Shown here: positions 52,001-64,000 of the stretch, piece by piece
Numbering within the stretch: the first letter of the stretch is position 1
Layout: every line of letters starts with the position of its first letter
DNA from: Peribolospora baueri
Lineage: Eukaryota
DNA length: 64,000 nt
Direction of reading: 5' to 3'
Assembly (NCBI GenBank): GCA_029717555.1
Contig: JAMDHS010000015.1
Coordinates: 186,001 to 250,000, forward strand
Made by a program: the position numbers and the translations under genes
Notes under the pieces: model-generated
The model's input: only the letters and a program-made list of their open reading frames with translations
Databases searched by the model: none
What the model was told of the DNA's origin: nothing

Positions 52001-53774
52001 TCCACGGCGTCGATGCACTCTGTCACGACGACCAAGCACGTCCAGTTTTCCGCTCGCACTCGAGGTGAGGACCTCCAACCTCGGCCGGACGCGTTCCCGC
52101 GCGCCCACATCATCTCCAACCTGCACCGCTTCATGCGGTATGCCAGCGCCGCGTACGGGCAAAACTTTATGCGCATTCTCGGTATCGGAGAAACCGACTG
52201 GAACTTCCCAAACACGAGGCGTCACCACGCCAACCACCATGCCTTCGCTCATCACACCAACCTGTCGATCGATGCCATTTTACTCAGCAGCTTCACGGAC
52301 CCGCCGAGCGCGTTCCATTCGAGCAAGATGAACCCGCTGGTTCACTACGTCGCCGTCGACCACGCAGCCAAGTCCATTGTGCTCACCTGTCGCGGTACGC
52401 TCGGCCTGAGTGACATCCTGACGGACCTGACGTGCGAGTATGAGGACGTCCACATCGTAGGTGGTGACCCCGACGCCAAGTACCAAGCCCATGCGGGAAT
52501 GCTTGCCAGCGCAAGGCGCCTCAGGGACGAACGCAGCACAGTCCACAACACGGTCCGGGCCGCTCTGGCTGATTATCCGGACTTTGGTCTAGTCTTGTGC
52601 GGCCACTCGCTCGGTGGCGGCGTCGCCGCCATATTGGCGATCCTTTGGAGCATGCCCACCGACGCGTTCCTGTCGCGTGTCGCTTCCGAGCAGCCATCGC
52701 GCGTCTCTTTCCCGCATCCTTTCACTCCCTTCGTCACGAGCTTCGGCAGCGGCCTTCCGCCGGGAAGACCTATCCACTGCTACGCTTACGGCTCGCCCGC
52801 CGTCACCTCACCGGACCTGAGCAGGTACGTCAAGGGCCTGATCACGACGGTGGTACACAACAACGACGTCGTGCCTACGCTCAGCTTAGGCATCCTTCGC
52901 GACCTCAAGAACATTGCCGTGAGCTTGTACGAAGAGGGCTCGGTGGCGGAGGAGATCGTGGGGCGAGTGGTGGGCATCTACCAGCGCAGACGCAACGCTA
53001 CCAAACCTGATGCGGCCACCGCGGGGGGCGCAGCGTCGGCTTGGCCCTCGTCTGACGGATCGATACCCGAAGCGGACTTGCCGCGGCCTTTCTCTCCTTC
53101 CCCAGAGGCTCGTGAGCAGCCCCTGGATGCCTCAGAACTCGCCGCCGGTCGGTCAAGGAATCGCGCCCTCGACCCGTCCTATCGCGATCCGGCGCTCATC
53201 CAGAGCTCGGCGGTGGGGGGACACGTGATCGGAGCGGAAGCGCAAGATGACGATTTGGACGACTGGATGTGGAGCTTGATCAAGACGATGCGCGCCGATA
53301 TGGACTCGGACAAACTCTACCCACCCGGAGATGTGTACATCATCGAGAGCTTCCCTGTATTCGTCAAGTCTGCTCCGGGGCCCGGAGGTGGTGGTAGGAC
53401 GGCGTACGATACAAGGAAGGAGGCGCACCGGGTCTTGTGAGATCGGATCGTCCGACTTTTTTTTTCTCAAGGACTTGCCAATGTCGGAGAGCTAGCTTGA
53501 CTTCTTTGCCCTCTTTCGTCTTCATGTTTCGTTCAGGCTGCGCTCCTGCGACGCCGTGGAGAAGCGCTTCTCCGAACCGATCTTCGCCCGGTCCATGTTC
53601 CACGACCACATGCCCACTAACGTGAGTCCACGCTCGTCGTATTCGCGCGCTCGTTAGCTTCAACCCTCTTTCTTCCTCTTCTTTTGTCCCGTTCCCTCAC
53701 TTTCCACGTTTTATTTCCTCCTCGCACAGTACGAGCTGTGTACCCAACTCTTGTACGACGGCATCCTCCGCTAA
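49031..53774 (+). CDS. Large class 3 lipase-domain protein
   Basis: FMRYASAAYG, IVLTCRGTLGLSDILTDL, AHAGM, nucleophile GHSLGG, YAYGSP, NNDVVPTLS, LYPPG, MFHDH. The long central region looks disordered. Confidence 0.9.
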
Positions 53775-55086
53775 ACTCGGCCGTGTCTGTCCGTCACCTC
53801 GGTCACCCGGAACACGACCATCTACGACCCCAGCAACTTTGACAATATACCCTTCATCGTATCTCTTCGTCCTTTCCCGACCGACCCCCCCGATCCCCCT
53901 ACTTTTCGCATACCACCACACCTGCATCCTTTCATCACCGCGTCGTCCTTCTCCGCGTAGTTACCCAGTTACCTCATCCTCGGGCTTAGTATTCTCTCGT
54001 TCCCTTTGTATGGACATTGGCTGTCTTCATAGGACCTAGATTCCCCAATCTCGTTTCTCCCGTCCCTTCCCGCTGTATCCCCCCTCCCGTCTTCGCATAC
54101 CTGACCCCCGGCCTTGCGTGCCATTTGCAAAGCTTCTTCGGACGAGGACGCCCGTTCCACTTCCCCAATCCCGTGTAATGAATTTTTTTCCCACAGAGCA
54201 TCATTTCGCTTCCCGCCGCCGCCATCCATCTCTCCTGCCCGTCGTAGCCTCTTCCTTCGCTGCGCACTACGCTACCTAGATGGCCATCATCGGCCGTTCA
54301 CGCACGGCCGCAGGTTTGAAAAGCCAAGAAGACGGAATGGGCGACGTGACTGTCGTATTCGGACCGTCTGTGAAGACGAGGTGACGGTCCACGATACAAT
54401 CAAAAGGTTTGTCTTCTACATGAAACAGCCCTCGTAGGAGCGACCCCTGCTACGAGATGTAGGTAGACGCTGAACAGATCGATTACGTGCGGACCTTCAA
54501 CGAGCAGGATATGCGTTTGAGGCCGACATCTATTATGCCGTGCATGTAGACAAGTAGACAGGTACTGTATGTATACTGTGCTGTATGTGTGACACGGCTT
54601 GCGAAACGCTGCCGCGTGTTTTGCCGTCGTCAAGAGTCGATTCTTTCAACTGAGAGAAAAAACTTCTCATCGAAGGCGGCCAAAAGAAAGCATAACTCGC
54701 GAACGGAACGGGTCCTGCCTTGCTTGCTTCTCGCGACCGAGAGCACCCATCTTTTACAGTGGCGACTTGGGTGCTAGGCTACGTTAGCCAGAACAAATCT
54801 GTCGACAAGGCATCGCCGGATGACGGGTGGGCGGCTACACGTTAGGTGCACGAGCAAGCGAGCGCTTGATGAGGTTGTGTGGATTCGTAGACCAGACTAG
54901 CCAATGTGACAAGAGCGAGTGCTTCAGGCATTTTGACGAAAAAAAAAGACAACAAAGCAAACGAGGTTCGATTGCGGAAATATCTGGGTGTTATCTGGGG
55001 CTTGTAGTATTCGTGGACGACCATTTAAAGGAGCTAAAAGACGAGACGCGCGTGCCGGCGCCCACGACACGAGATTATGACGGCGA

Positions 55087-57073
55087 TCAATGGCGACGGC
55101 CAGGGTACTCGTTCCCTGGGCCTTCCCTCAATGGATTGCGTGGCCTTGCGTATCGATCGAAGCCATTACCCGACGTCGACGGGGGGTCCAAGGGCGGGCG
55201 AGGTCCACGGAAATGGCCATTAGAAGCGGCCACGTCAGGTGCGTACCCTCTGGGTCCACGAGGTGGAGAGCCTCGGCCTTGCCTTGACGAACCGTAGGCT
55301 GGGCGGTCACCTCGTGGAGGGTGGTCCGCAACCGGAGGACCATAGTGACTTCTGCCGGTAGAGGGCGGGGCTCGAGCAGACAGCCGATCTCGATCGCGCT
55401 CGTCTTTGTGGCCAGGCGCAAAGGAACGTACCGGCGGCTGTTGCGGTCCTGCAGCGGCAGTCACGACCGTAGCCCGTTTGCTCTCCTTGAAGGCCAGGAA
55501 TTCCTCGTACTCTTTAGGGTCCACGGCCACAGAGAGTGCGATCTTAGGGCCCGAGTCTCTTGAGGTGGAAGGTTCAGGGTACGCAGTACGAGATGGATAG
55601 CGCTCGGAAGGCTCTGCGTGCGGTCCCCTGGGAGGGGGGTAAGGGGCCGCAGCTGGGTTGACTTCTCTGCCGCTGCCACGAGAGTCTATGTCGTAATAGG
55701 GACGATCGCGAGCACGTGGTCGAGATCGGTCGGGACCATACGCCTCACGGTGGTCTCCTGAAGGGCCAGGGTAGTCATCTCGCCGCTCCCTGACCGTAAA
55801 GCCGCCATGTTCCTGCCGAATGTCCCTCCGTGCATGGGAAGCGTAAGCATCCCGCCTATCTGCAGGCGGAGGCCGTTCATAGGTATCCCGTCGGCGAGCC
55901 AGTGGGGGAGGCGAGATGCGCCCCTGATGGTCGTAGTGGCGCGCTGGTTCGTATCGTTCGTGAGGGTCCCTACGCGGTTCGAGTTTGTCTCCAGCGTCGA
56001 TATGAGCTGGTCGGGGCTGCTCAGCATAATCGCGTCTCAGGTGCCTAGAAGGGAAGGCAAGTCGTCAATGTATGCCGCGAGGGGACGAGTCGGAGGATCG
56101 ATGGGATGCTGGGAGGAACAGAGAACCCACGAAGGTATATCGGAGGGACAGTCGCGCGCAAAGTGGCCGGGCTTGCCGCACTTGGAATGTAGTCGAAGTG
56201 GCAGACGTCAAAGCAATTCCTCACACTGCCAAACCACTGCGGTACTCCGGTGCCATCCTAGAGCATACCTTGAAGCAAACTCTGCCGTGAGAGATCTCGA
56301 CCTTGATCCTGACGCCCAAGAACAAGCCATCATTGAACTGGCTCACGGCGATCTGAGCATCTCCAGCATCCGTGAACTCCTAGCAGTCGGGCGAGCAACA
56401 AGAGAGAGGAGATGGGAGATTCCAAGGTCGATCCGACAATGAGTCGCTAAGAGGCCTCTGCTGCAGAAAGACGACGCTGAGGAAGTTGGGGTGCGTGCAT
56501 GGTCGCCAACATCCTGAAGCTTACCACAAAGCCGAAGCCGTCCTTGAGCTCGACGTTGACGACGGGACCGATGGCGCCGAAGCATTTCTCGAGGTCGTAC
56601 GTCTGCGTATGAGGCGGGAGCCCTCCCACATAGATCTTCTTTCCCGTCGCAGGAGGGGGGCCGGAGCCGGGTTTATAGCCAGCATCAACGAGCCTGTCGT
56701 ACGACGGAGGAGACCGAGAGCGCGAGCGAGCTGCAGGGCGACGATCGGATGTCGACGGTCGGTAAGGGTACATGGACGGCCTGTCTGACTGCTGTTCTCG
56801 TCTGCCGGTCGCGCTCGGGCGACGATCGCCAAAACGGTGATGGCCGTCCTGTTCGTCAGCATCTAGGTCAGGAGCACTGGAGCGCGGTACGCTCGATCTT
56901 CGAACATCGCGACTTGGCTCTAAATCATCTTCCTCCCTCTCTTGAGCAGCGTCCTCGGCTGAAGGGGCAGGCCGGGGATGATCGCTTGACTGTACGCCGG
57001 CGCCGGTGGCGATGTGATCAGCGAGGCGGCTCGAGTCCTGAGACGCATAGAGAGTGTCTGGGGAGACGGCCAT
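55087..57073 (-). CDS. SR-like RNA-binding protein (RRM + CCHC zinc knuckle, R/D/Y-rich tail)
   Basis: RSRSRSPP; KIYVGGLP (RNP2)...KDGFGFV|EF (RNP1)...GVRIKVEISHGRVCFK|CGKPGHFARDC; long Arg/Asp/Pro/Tyr-rich last exon. Confidence 0.85.
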
Positions 57074-57638
57074 GGGGGACGGAGTGGAGAGCGGGGACAG
57101 TGAGCGTCGAAACAGGCCAGCGCTTGCGGTTTTGTCGTCGTCCGTCGTCTGTCGTCGTCGTCGTCGTCGATGAGGAACGAAGGAGCGCTGAATTGGGCCG
57201 TGTTATGAAACAACGAGCGCGTAATAATGGGCGGGTTGAAAGGGACGTCGAGATTCCCACGGTTTTTGATCGGCGTTTCGCGCTCCAGCGTCGGTGCGCG
57301 GCGAAGAAGAGAGGGAAGGCGACTGGCAACGTCTTCCGCTCACCATCATCGTCCCCCGTCTCCATTCCACCTCCTCGTACAAGCAAATAGCATCATCTAA
57401 ACCAGCCCGATGTGAGTCGTCCGGGCGTCGGCAGCAATCGTCGTCTCCTTTTCCTGGCCTCCCACAACCAGTCCGCACCGCGGTTGGTGACGGACGGGCC
57501 GACTGACGCGCCTCTTTTATCCCCCTCCTCGCGTGCCCTCAGTGCATCAGCAGCAGCGCTTTCCAAAACAACTTCACGAGCCTCAACACACATAGCACCA
57601 CTTACAGCCTTCGGACATCTCTCCACTCTCTAACCACG

Positions 57639-60600
57639 ATGGCCACCTCCATGCAGTTCGGTCCGGAGTGGATGCGCAAGGCCCCCAAGGCCGCGTCCGC
57701 CAACTCCGCGGATCACCCAACGCCTGCCGCACCCGCCGGAAGGCATCCCAGCGGCGACTCCACATCCTCCTCTCGCGTTGCCGGGTTGCCCGGCCTCTCT
57801 CTATCCGGCCCTTCGCCAGCCGTGGCCAGCTCTGCGCTCCTCTCTCCCGGCGTGACTTCTTACTCCAGCGTCGTCGCCCATTCCGCCGACGGTGAACGTG
57901 GGGGTTCGACAGGCGCAAACGGTGTCCACTCTGCCGCCGGTGGCCATGCTGGCTCCAGCGCCACCGAGTCGCCGTTCCGCTACACCCGCGACCTCATGCT
58001 CTCCATCTACTCCAACGAGAAGGTGGCCAAGCTACCCCTAGAGTTCGAAAAGCACAAGTACGTCACCAACGAGGAGCCGCTGGTGCCTTTCGGTTTGCAG
58101 GAAATGTCCGATGCGGAAGTCAAGGTGAGTGTGCACCTTCCTTTGTCTATGTATCCTTCCCTTTTCACAATTGTCTTACCTTCGCCTGCTTATCTCACTC
58201 CGTTTCGCTTCCAACCCACCGCAGCTTTTCTCTGGCCCTCTGAATTCCGAAGTCAACCGCCGGCAGCCACCCAACGCCAATGCACCCGATCGATCTCATA
58301 CCCACCCGGGCACACATCACCATAGCCATCATCACGAGAACGTGGGCGGAGAGCGCGGTAGCCATCGTTCTGACCGCGGTGGAGGAGCGGCAGGGGATCG
58401 ATCCGGCTTCCTTCCGCGCACTTCTACCGGCCCCGGCGGTGCGCTTGCTTCTCCCGGAAGGGAGCGCTTCGGAGGTATCACGGGCGGCGTCTTGAGTGGA
58501 GTCGGGCCTCAGAGGAAACGCAAGGACAGCGAACCAGGACAAGGTGCATATCAGAGCGGGACACTAAGAGAAATATATTTGTTGCCCGTGCGGTATTTCT
58601 CACCCTTTCCCTCGTTTGCTACCATCCCATCTTTCAGAGTTCCGACGCGCTTCCCGCACTTCTGAACACGTCAGCAGCCCTACTCCATCGGAAGAGCCTT
58701 CGATACCCGGAGGCTCTTCTGGTGGCTGGCCACGCGGCCTCGCGAATTCCCAGGACGGCTCAGGGGGTCGTTTCCGGCCCAAGTCCGGCAACTTGGTCGG
58801 CGGCCGGGAAGCGGATGCTCCGGAGGGGTGGGGACCCCGTTTCCGGAGGGGTTCGGATAGGGGCGCCAATGTGAACGACAGTGAAGGACTGAGCAGCAAG
58901 TTCCCGGGCTACGAGAAGAAAGTGAGTCATCTTTTCCAACCGAGAACATGTATGCACGTTGTCCGGGGCTGACGAATATGGTACTCGGTCGTGGCATTGT
59001 TTTAGCGCGAAAGGCAAGGCAACTGGGCCAACTTCGACTCTTGGAGCCGACGCGGCCCATCAGGTGCCATTTCAGCTGGGGCTGTCGGCCAACCAGACGA
59101 CACTAACGCTGGCGCTCGGGAAGATGGTCCAACCTCTGCGCTAGCTGAACAGCCCTCACAGCGGCCGCTCGCCAGCGAACATCAGCCTATCGATGGTATC
59201 CAGGAAGAGGCTCAGGTCGAACGCGAGGAGGACCACGACCGCGAGCAGTCGTTGCAGCAGAACGCCGATCCGGACTTGTCGCATCACGTCACCTCTGTTC
59301 TAGGCTCTTTGGCCCTGGACGATGAGGCCGACCCAGTCCATGACTCGATGCTCTCGACCTCGGCTCCTGCGGAGGAGTCCAGGCCCGATTCGTCCCCTTG
59401 GTCTCCAGATCGGCAAATGTGGTTCTATCGCGACCCTTCGGGTCAGGTGCAGGGTAAGTGCTACCGATCTAGCCACATTGCTCTCCAAACGTGTCGCGGG
59501 AAAGCCTGACGAGGTCTCGTCCGTCTCCTGTCGACGCCTCAGGTCCTTTCAATGCCATCTCGATGCAGGAATGGTACCGCCAGAGCTACTTCACTGATGA
59601 CCTCATGGTCAAGCCGCAGGAAGCGGCCGACTTTGCTCCGCTTGGCGAGGTCATCCGGGCCATCGGGGACGTTGTCAATCCCTTTCTCGTCCCGTCCCCG
59701 AGTTCTCTGGCGTTGAGATACTCGTCCGCCGCGGCCGCTTCGCATTCTCCTCTCTCCCGCCTTCCTCCGTCTTCTCAACCTTCGCAGCTCGACTTCATTG
59801 GCAACAGGGCCCCTAGTGGCGGTATGGACTTTGGACGCAGCGCGGCCGCCTTAGCCGGTGGTAACTTTGTTCAGCAGCCCGGATTCGGATTTCCGTTCAG
59901 TGGAGGCCTTTCGCGCGGCTGGGGTGTGGATGCCGGTGCCGTCAGCGGTGGCATGCCGTCGGAGAACGTCGACGTGGCCGCGGCCTTGAGCGCCCGAGCC
60001 TGGCCTGGCGTTGATCTTGGCCTGGGCGGCCCTCATTCGCCAAACCTGTTTGGGCAGCCCGGTCTCAGCGGAGCGTACGGCGGACCGGACAGGAACGTGT
60101 TCGAGCAGCAGCGCTTAGAGAGGCTCAAGCAGGAGGAGTACATCCATCTTCTTCGTCAGCGCGAGCTCCAGGAGCAGCGACAAGCGCAGGCGGTCGCCGT
60201 GGCCGCGGCCGTGTCGAAGGGAGGGTTCCCGAGCGACGCTCTCGCGGGCCTTCCCCTTGAAGGCGTGCGTCGACAGCTCTCGAGTAGCTCTTTGGGTCCG
60301 GTCTCCCCCTTCTTTGAGACGTTCGGATCGCGCACACCTGTGTCCACCGCCCCCTGGTCCCATCAACCCGCTCAAAGCGGCGTTCAAGACCCGGCGGTGC
60401 AGGCTGAAGCCCAGTTGAGCCAGGCTCAGTCGCCTTGGCGCGGGGGACTTCTCGGCGAAAATGGCCAGACTATTCCGGCTATGGAGATCACGTCTCAACC
60501 CCAGCAGCAGGCTGGCACGCCGGCTGCCCCGCATCCTGACCCCGTCGGCACGCCCCGGCGAGGCACTCCTGCTGGCACTCCTGCTCCTAGTTCGCCCATC

Positions 60601-62239
60601 GCCGTTCCTGCTCAGACGACCGAGGAAACGCTGCACGCCGAGGAGGCCTCGGTCGAGCAGAAGGATTCCCGTCCGGATGCGCACGAGGTGTGGCCACAAT
60701 CGCCTGAGCAGCCGGCCGTCTTCGCTTCTGCACCGGAAGGGCAGGTCATGCAGACTGGGTTGGAAGCTCCCGCTGGCAAGGCAGCGCCGATTGCTGGGCA
60801 AAAAGGCTCTGCACCGAAGAAAGCCGCGACGGCTGCTCAGCCCCCGCTCACTCCGACTGGCCGTAAGGGACAGGCCCACGCCACTCAAGGGCAATCGACT
60901 GCTCCTTCGGCCGCCGGTGGCAAGGTCAATGTCGTGTCTCCCGCACAGTTCAACAAGCGCCCTGAAGAGCAGACGACCGCAATTTCGGTCCCCATCTCAT
61001 CGTTGATCCACCCAACCTCAGCAGCTGAAGCGGCCGTCTCTACACCCGTCAGCGCTTCTAAACTCGCACCATGGGCCAAGGACGACGCCGAGCGTCCTGC
61101 CACTCCTTCTGGTCCTTCTCTGCGCGAAATTCAGGAGGCAGAGGCGCATGAGGCGGAGGCTCGCAAAGCAGCTGAGCGTGAACGTTTGGCGGCCATGTCT
61201 AAGCCCACCTCGTCTGGTGTGGACACGGCGCTTCCGACGACTCAGAGCTGGGGTCTGGCCAGCGTTCCCGTCACCGGCGCGGCGACCACGTCTACATCTT
61301 CGACGGCGGCGAGTGCCTCTCCAGCTTGGCAGAAGACGGCGGCGGCGCCGAAGAAGACGCTCGCGGAGATCCAGGAGGAGGAAAGGAAGCGCGCTCAAAA
61401 GGCCAAGGAGCAGCAGGCACATCTCCAAGGCGCCGTCATTGGGCGCAAGGGCTATGCCGACTCTGCCAGCAGGGTCTCCTCTCCTGCCGCTTCTACCGCC
61501 GCTGCCGCTGTCGCCGGGGCGGCCGGCAGCGGTTGGTCGATCGTAGGCTCGGGCGGAAAGGCCACAAATCCCTCCTCTGCCGCAACCGGCCCCGCTGCCG
61601 GCATGATGCGCCAGCCATCAGCGGGCGCGTGGAGCACCGCGGGCGCGGCGAAATCAAACGGCGTCATCGCTGGCTCTACTGCCAGCGCTCAGCAAAAACC
61701 GGCTTCCAAAGTGAAATCGGCCCCCAACGCCCCGAAGCCCGCTGCCGTCGATCCCAACGCACCCGTGCCACCCTCCGCAGAGTTCATCCGTCATTGCAAG
61801 GAGTCACTGAAGGGCCTTACCGGAGTGAACGGTGAGTCATCCTCGGTCGCTCCTACAACTTATGAAGAATTGTATTTTTTGACGCTGACTAGCATCGTCG
61901 GTGGTCTCCCTTTTCTCAGTGGACGAGTTCATTCAAATGCTCCTCTCCTTCCCGCTCGACCCATCACCGACGGTGATGGAGATCATTTCCGACTCTGTTT
62001 ACGCCAACAGCTCAACCCTCGATGGCCGTAGGTTCGCGGCCGACTTTGTCGCGAAACGCAAAGCCGACGCGGCCGCCGTGCGCGCAGCGGCTACCAACGG
62101 TGCCTCCGTCTCTGGTGGTAAATCGTCCAGCGTGGGAGGGGCGAGGACGCTATCTGACGTTGTCAAGCAGCAGCCCAAGCCAGCCGCGGCTAACGACTGG
62201 GGCTTCAAGGTGGTGAACAAGAAGAAGGGCAAGCGCTAG
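57639..62239 (+). CDS. SMY2: GYF-domain protein (GIGYF/Smy2/Syh1 family)
   Basis: N-terminal FGPEWMR and FRYTRDLML; GYF domain WFYRDPSGQVQ|GPFNAISMQEWYRQSYF; SLREIQE/TLAEIQEEE motifs; C-terminal ISDSVYANSSTLDGRRFAADF...FKVVNKKKGKR. Confidence 0.9.
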
Positions 62240-62541
62240 TCTCCTCGCGTCTTGCGCCCCTCCATCCTTTCCATGTACACATACGTGATCTTCGCGCTGA
62301 GCTGATCTGACCTTGCAACCGAGCGTCCATTCGAACATTGACGTGGTTGCTGTGTACCCCGCCCAGTGATGGTGACGGGCGATGTGACGAGTGATAGCGA
62401 CCGGCTTTTGACGGGTTTATTCGGCCGAAGATAAGCAAAACGCGGGGCCGTATAAATGCTGGTGCCAGTACATCTAGTCGTGTTGTGGCTCTGCGACCCG
62501 TTGCATCTCGCCATACTTTCTCTCCTCGTTGACCTGTCGCT

Positions 62542-64000
62542 ATGCCTCAGCATCCAAGAGACAGCACCGCTACGCTTGTCAGTGAGAAGCCACATCATGG
62601 ACGGTCAAGCTGGTCTGGCGTGAAGGCTCCAGGCAAGCACAGCAGCAACACCCTTAAGAGCCAAAAGGGGTCCCCAGACAAATCTGCCCCTGTTCTCGCC
62701 AGTAGGAGTGTAGAGGCGGGAAGATCTCGCACCTGTGCACAGCATCACTGGATGAAGTGACCCACCCACATACTGGTGTCATCCCGTTCGCATTTTTCCG
62801 TCTGCCCCAGGTCATCCACGGTGGCGCCGGTAGCTGGGATGTCCCAAAGTGAGCTCGTCTGTTCGGTTTTTTTGCCGACGCCGTGACGGACATCTGACAG
62901 CTATGTACTCGCTCCCTTCATCCGGTCTCGCTGTTCTAGCATTCCTCCGAAGCTCCAGGTTGAATACCGAATGGCCCTTCAGCAAGCCTTGCGGCAAGGC
63001 CAAGCCGTCCTCTCCTCTGGAGGTAATGCTTTGGATGCAGTGTGCATGGCAGTGCGTTCCGTGGAGGACTGTGCGCTCTTCAACTCTGGCCATGGCGCAG
63101 TGTTCAACGCTAAGGGGAAGAACGAGCTTGAGGCGAGCGTCATGACCACTAGGCCCCCTGGTACGACGGTGCATGACGCTCGCTCTTCCCCGCTCGAGAG
63201 TGCCGTTCCCGCCTCTCGACGCGCAGCCTCCGTCGCTCTACTGACTCGGACCAAGAATCCCATCCTCCTTGCGCGGGCTCTCTACCTTGACCCGGACGCC
63301 AACCCTCATGTGTGGTTGAGCGGCTTGGAGGCCGAACAGATCGGCTGGGAGAAGGGTTGTGAAAAGGTGGACCCGAGTTACTTCTGGACGGAGAGGAGGT
63401 GGCTGTGAGTGGTGCGGCGCTCTTCTCTTGCCGAAAGAAGTAGAGCTCAATCCCGATCTCGGTTTGGACCTCCAACATTGCAACTTCTTTTGACTCATTC
63501 AGCGAACACCGGCGCGGTCTCGGTCTGCCAGATTACGACGCAGGGCAAAGCCGTCCCTGCTTCTCTGCCGAGCCAGAAGGCGACGACGAGACAAAAGACG
63601 ACTTTGAATTCAATCCAGCTGATTTGCCCCAAGGAACGGTGGGTGCGGTAGCAAGAGACGCGGAGGGTAGAATCGCTTGTGCAACCAGCACCGGCGGATA
63701 CACGAACAAGCTTGGTGAATTAGCTGTGACGAGTCTGGGCGGGAAGACGCGAGAATGGTACACACCTAATTTTGCCTGGATCCTCTTACGTGCCAACTCA
63801 TTCACATATAGTCGGTCGCATCGGTGACACCCCGGCGCCTGGAGCTGGTTTCTGGGCCGAGACTTGGACGACCAAGTGCTGCGATAATCGTTTCAGAAAG
63901 CTACTTAGCAAATTGGGCATCTGCAAGGCTCTCCCTGACCGAGAAGACGGCCTTGGTTTGAGTGGAACTGGAAATGGTGATGTGAGTATCTGCGGTCGGA
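62542..64000 (+). CDS. Type 2 asparaginase / isoaspartyl peptidase (Ntn hydrolase), truncated by the window end
   Basis: L|VIHGGAG, ALDAV...VEDCALFNSGHGAVFN...ELEASVM, KNPILLAR, nucleophile GTVGAVARD, ATSTGGYTNKL|VGRIGDTP, SGTGNGD. Confidence 0.92.

Overview
GC-rich, intron-dense fungal chromosome segment; intron size, splice signals and gene content suggest a basidiomycete. It holds about 26 spliced or intronless protein genes and one initiator tRNA-Met. Most are conserved housekeeping genes: COX23, MRPS16, NUP57, MRP20, SFC1, NPA3/GPN1, SPC3, MED7, RPE1, ESF2, IPI3, YOS1, OXA1, TFB3, ATG12, a rhomboid protease, LSM6, a beta-carbonic anhydrase, ERG12, MCM6, a class 3 lipase, an RRM-zinc-knuckle SR-like protein, a GIGYF/Smy2-type GYF protein and a partial type 2 asparaginase. 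Many are packed as head-to-head pairs. I saw no mobile element, CRISPR array, secondary-metabolite cluster or clearly new multi-gene system. The best leads are: (1) an unassigned ~980-aa protein with tandem UIM-like motifs, a PPxY motif and an unrecognised C-terminal domain; (2) HMG-box-like repeats in the N-terminal extension of mitoribosomal uL23; (3) a candidate poison alternative 3' splice site in the SR-like gene; (4) a retained 4EHP-binding-type motif in the GYF protein; (5) a CCGGA array upstream of SFC1; (6) two tandem duplications in the rhomboid gene. Gene models were spliced by eye, so exon boundaries are approximate.
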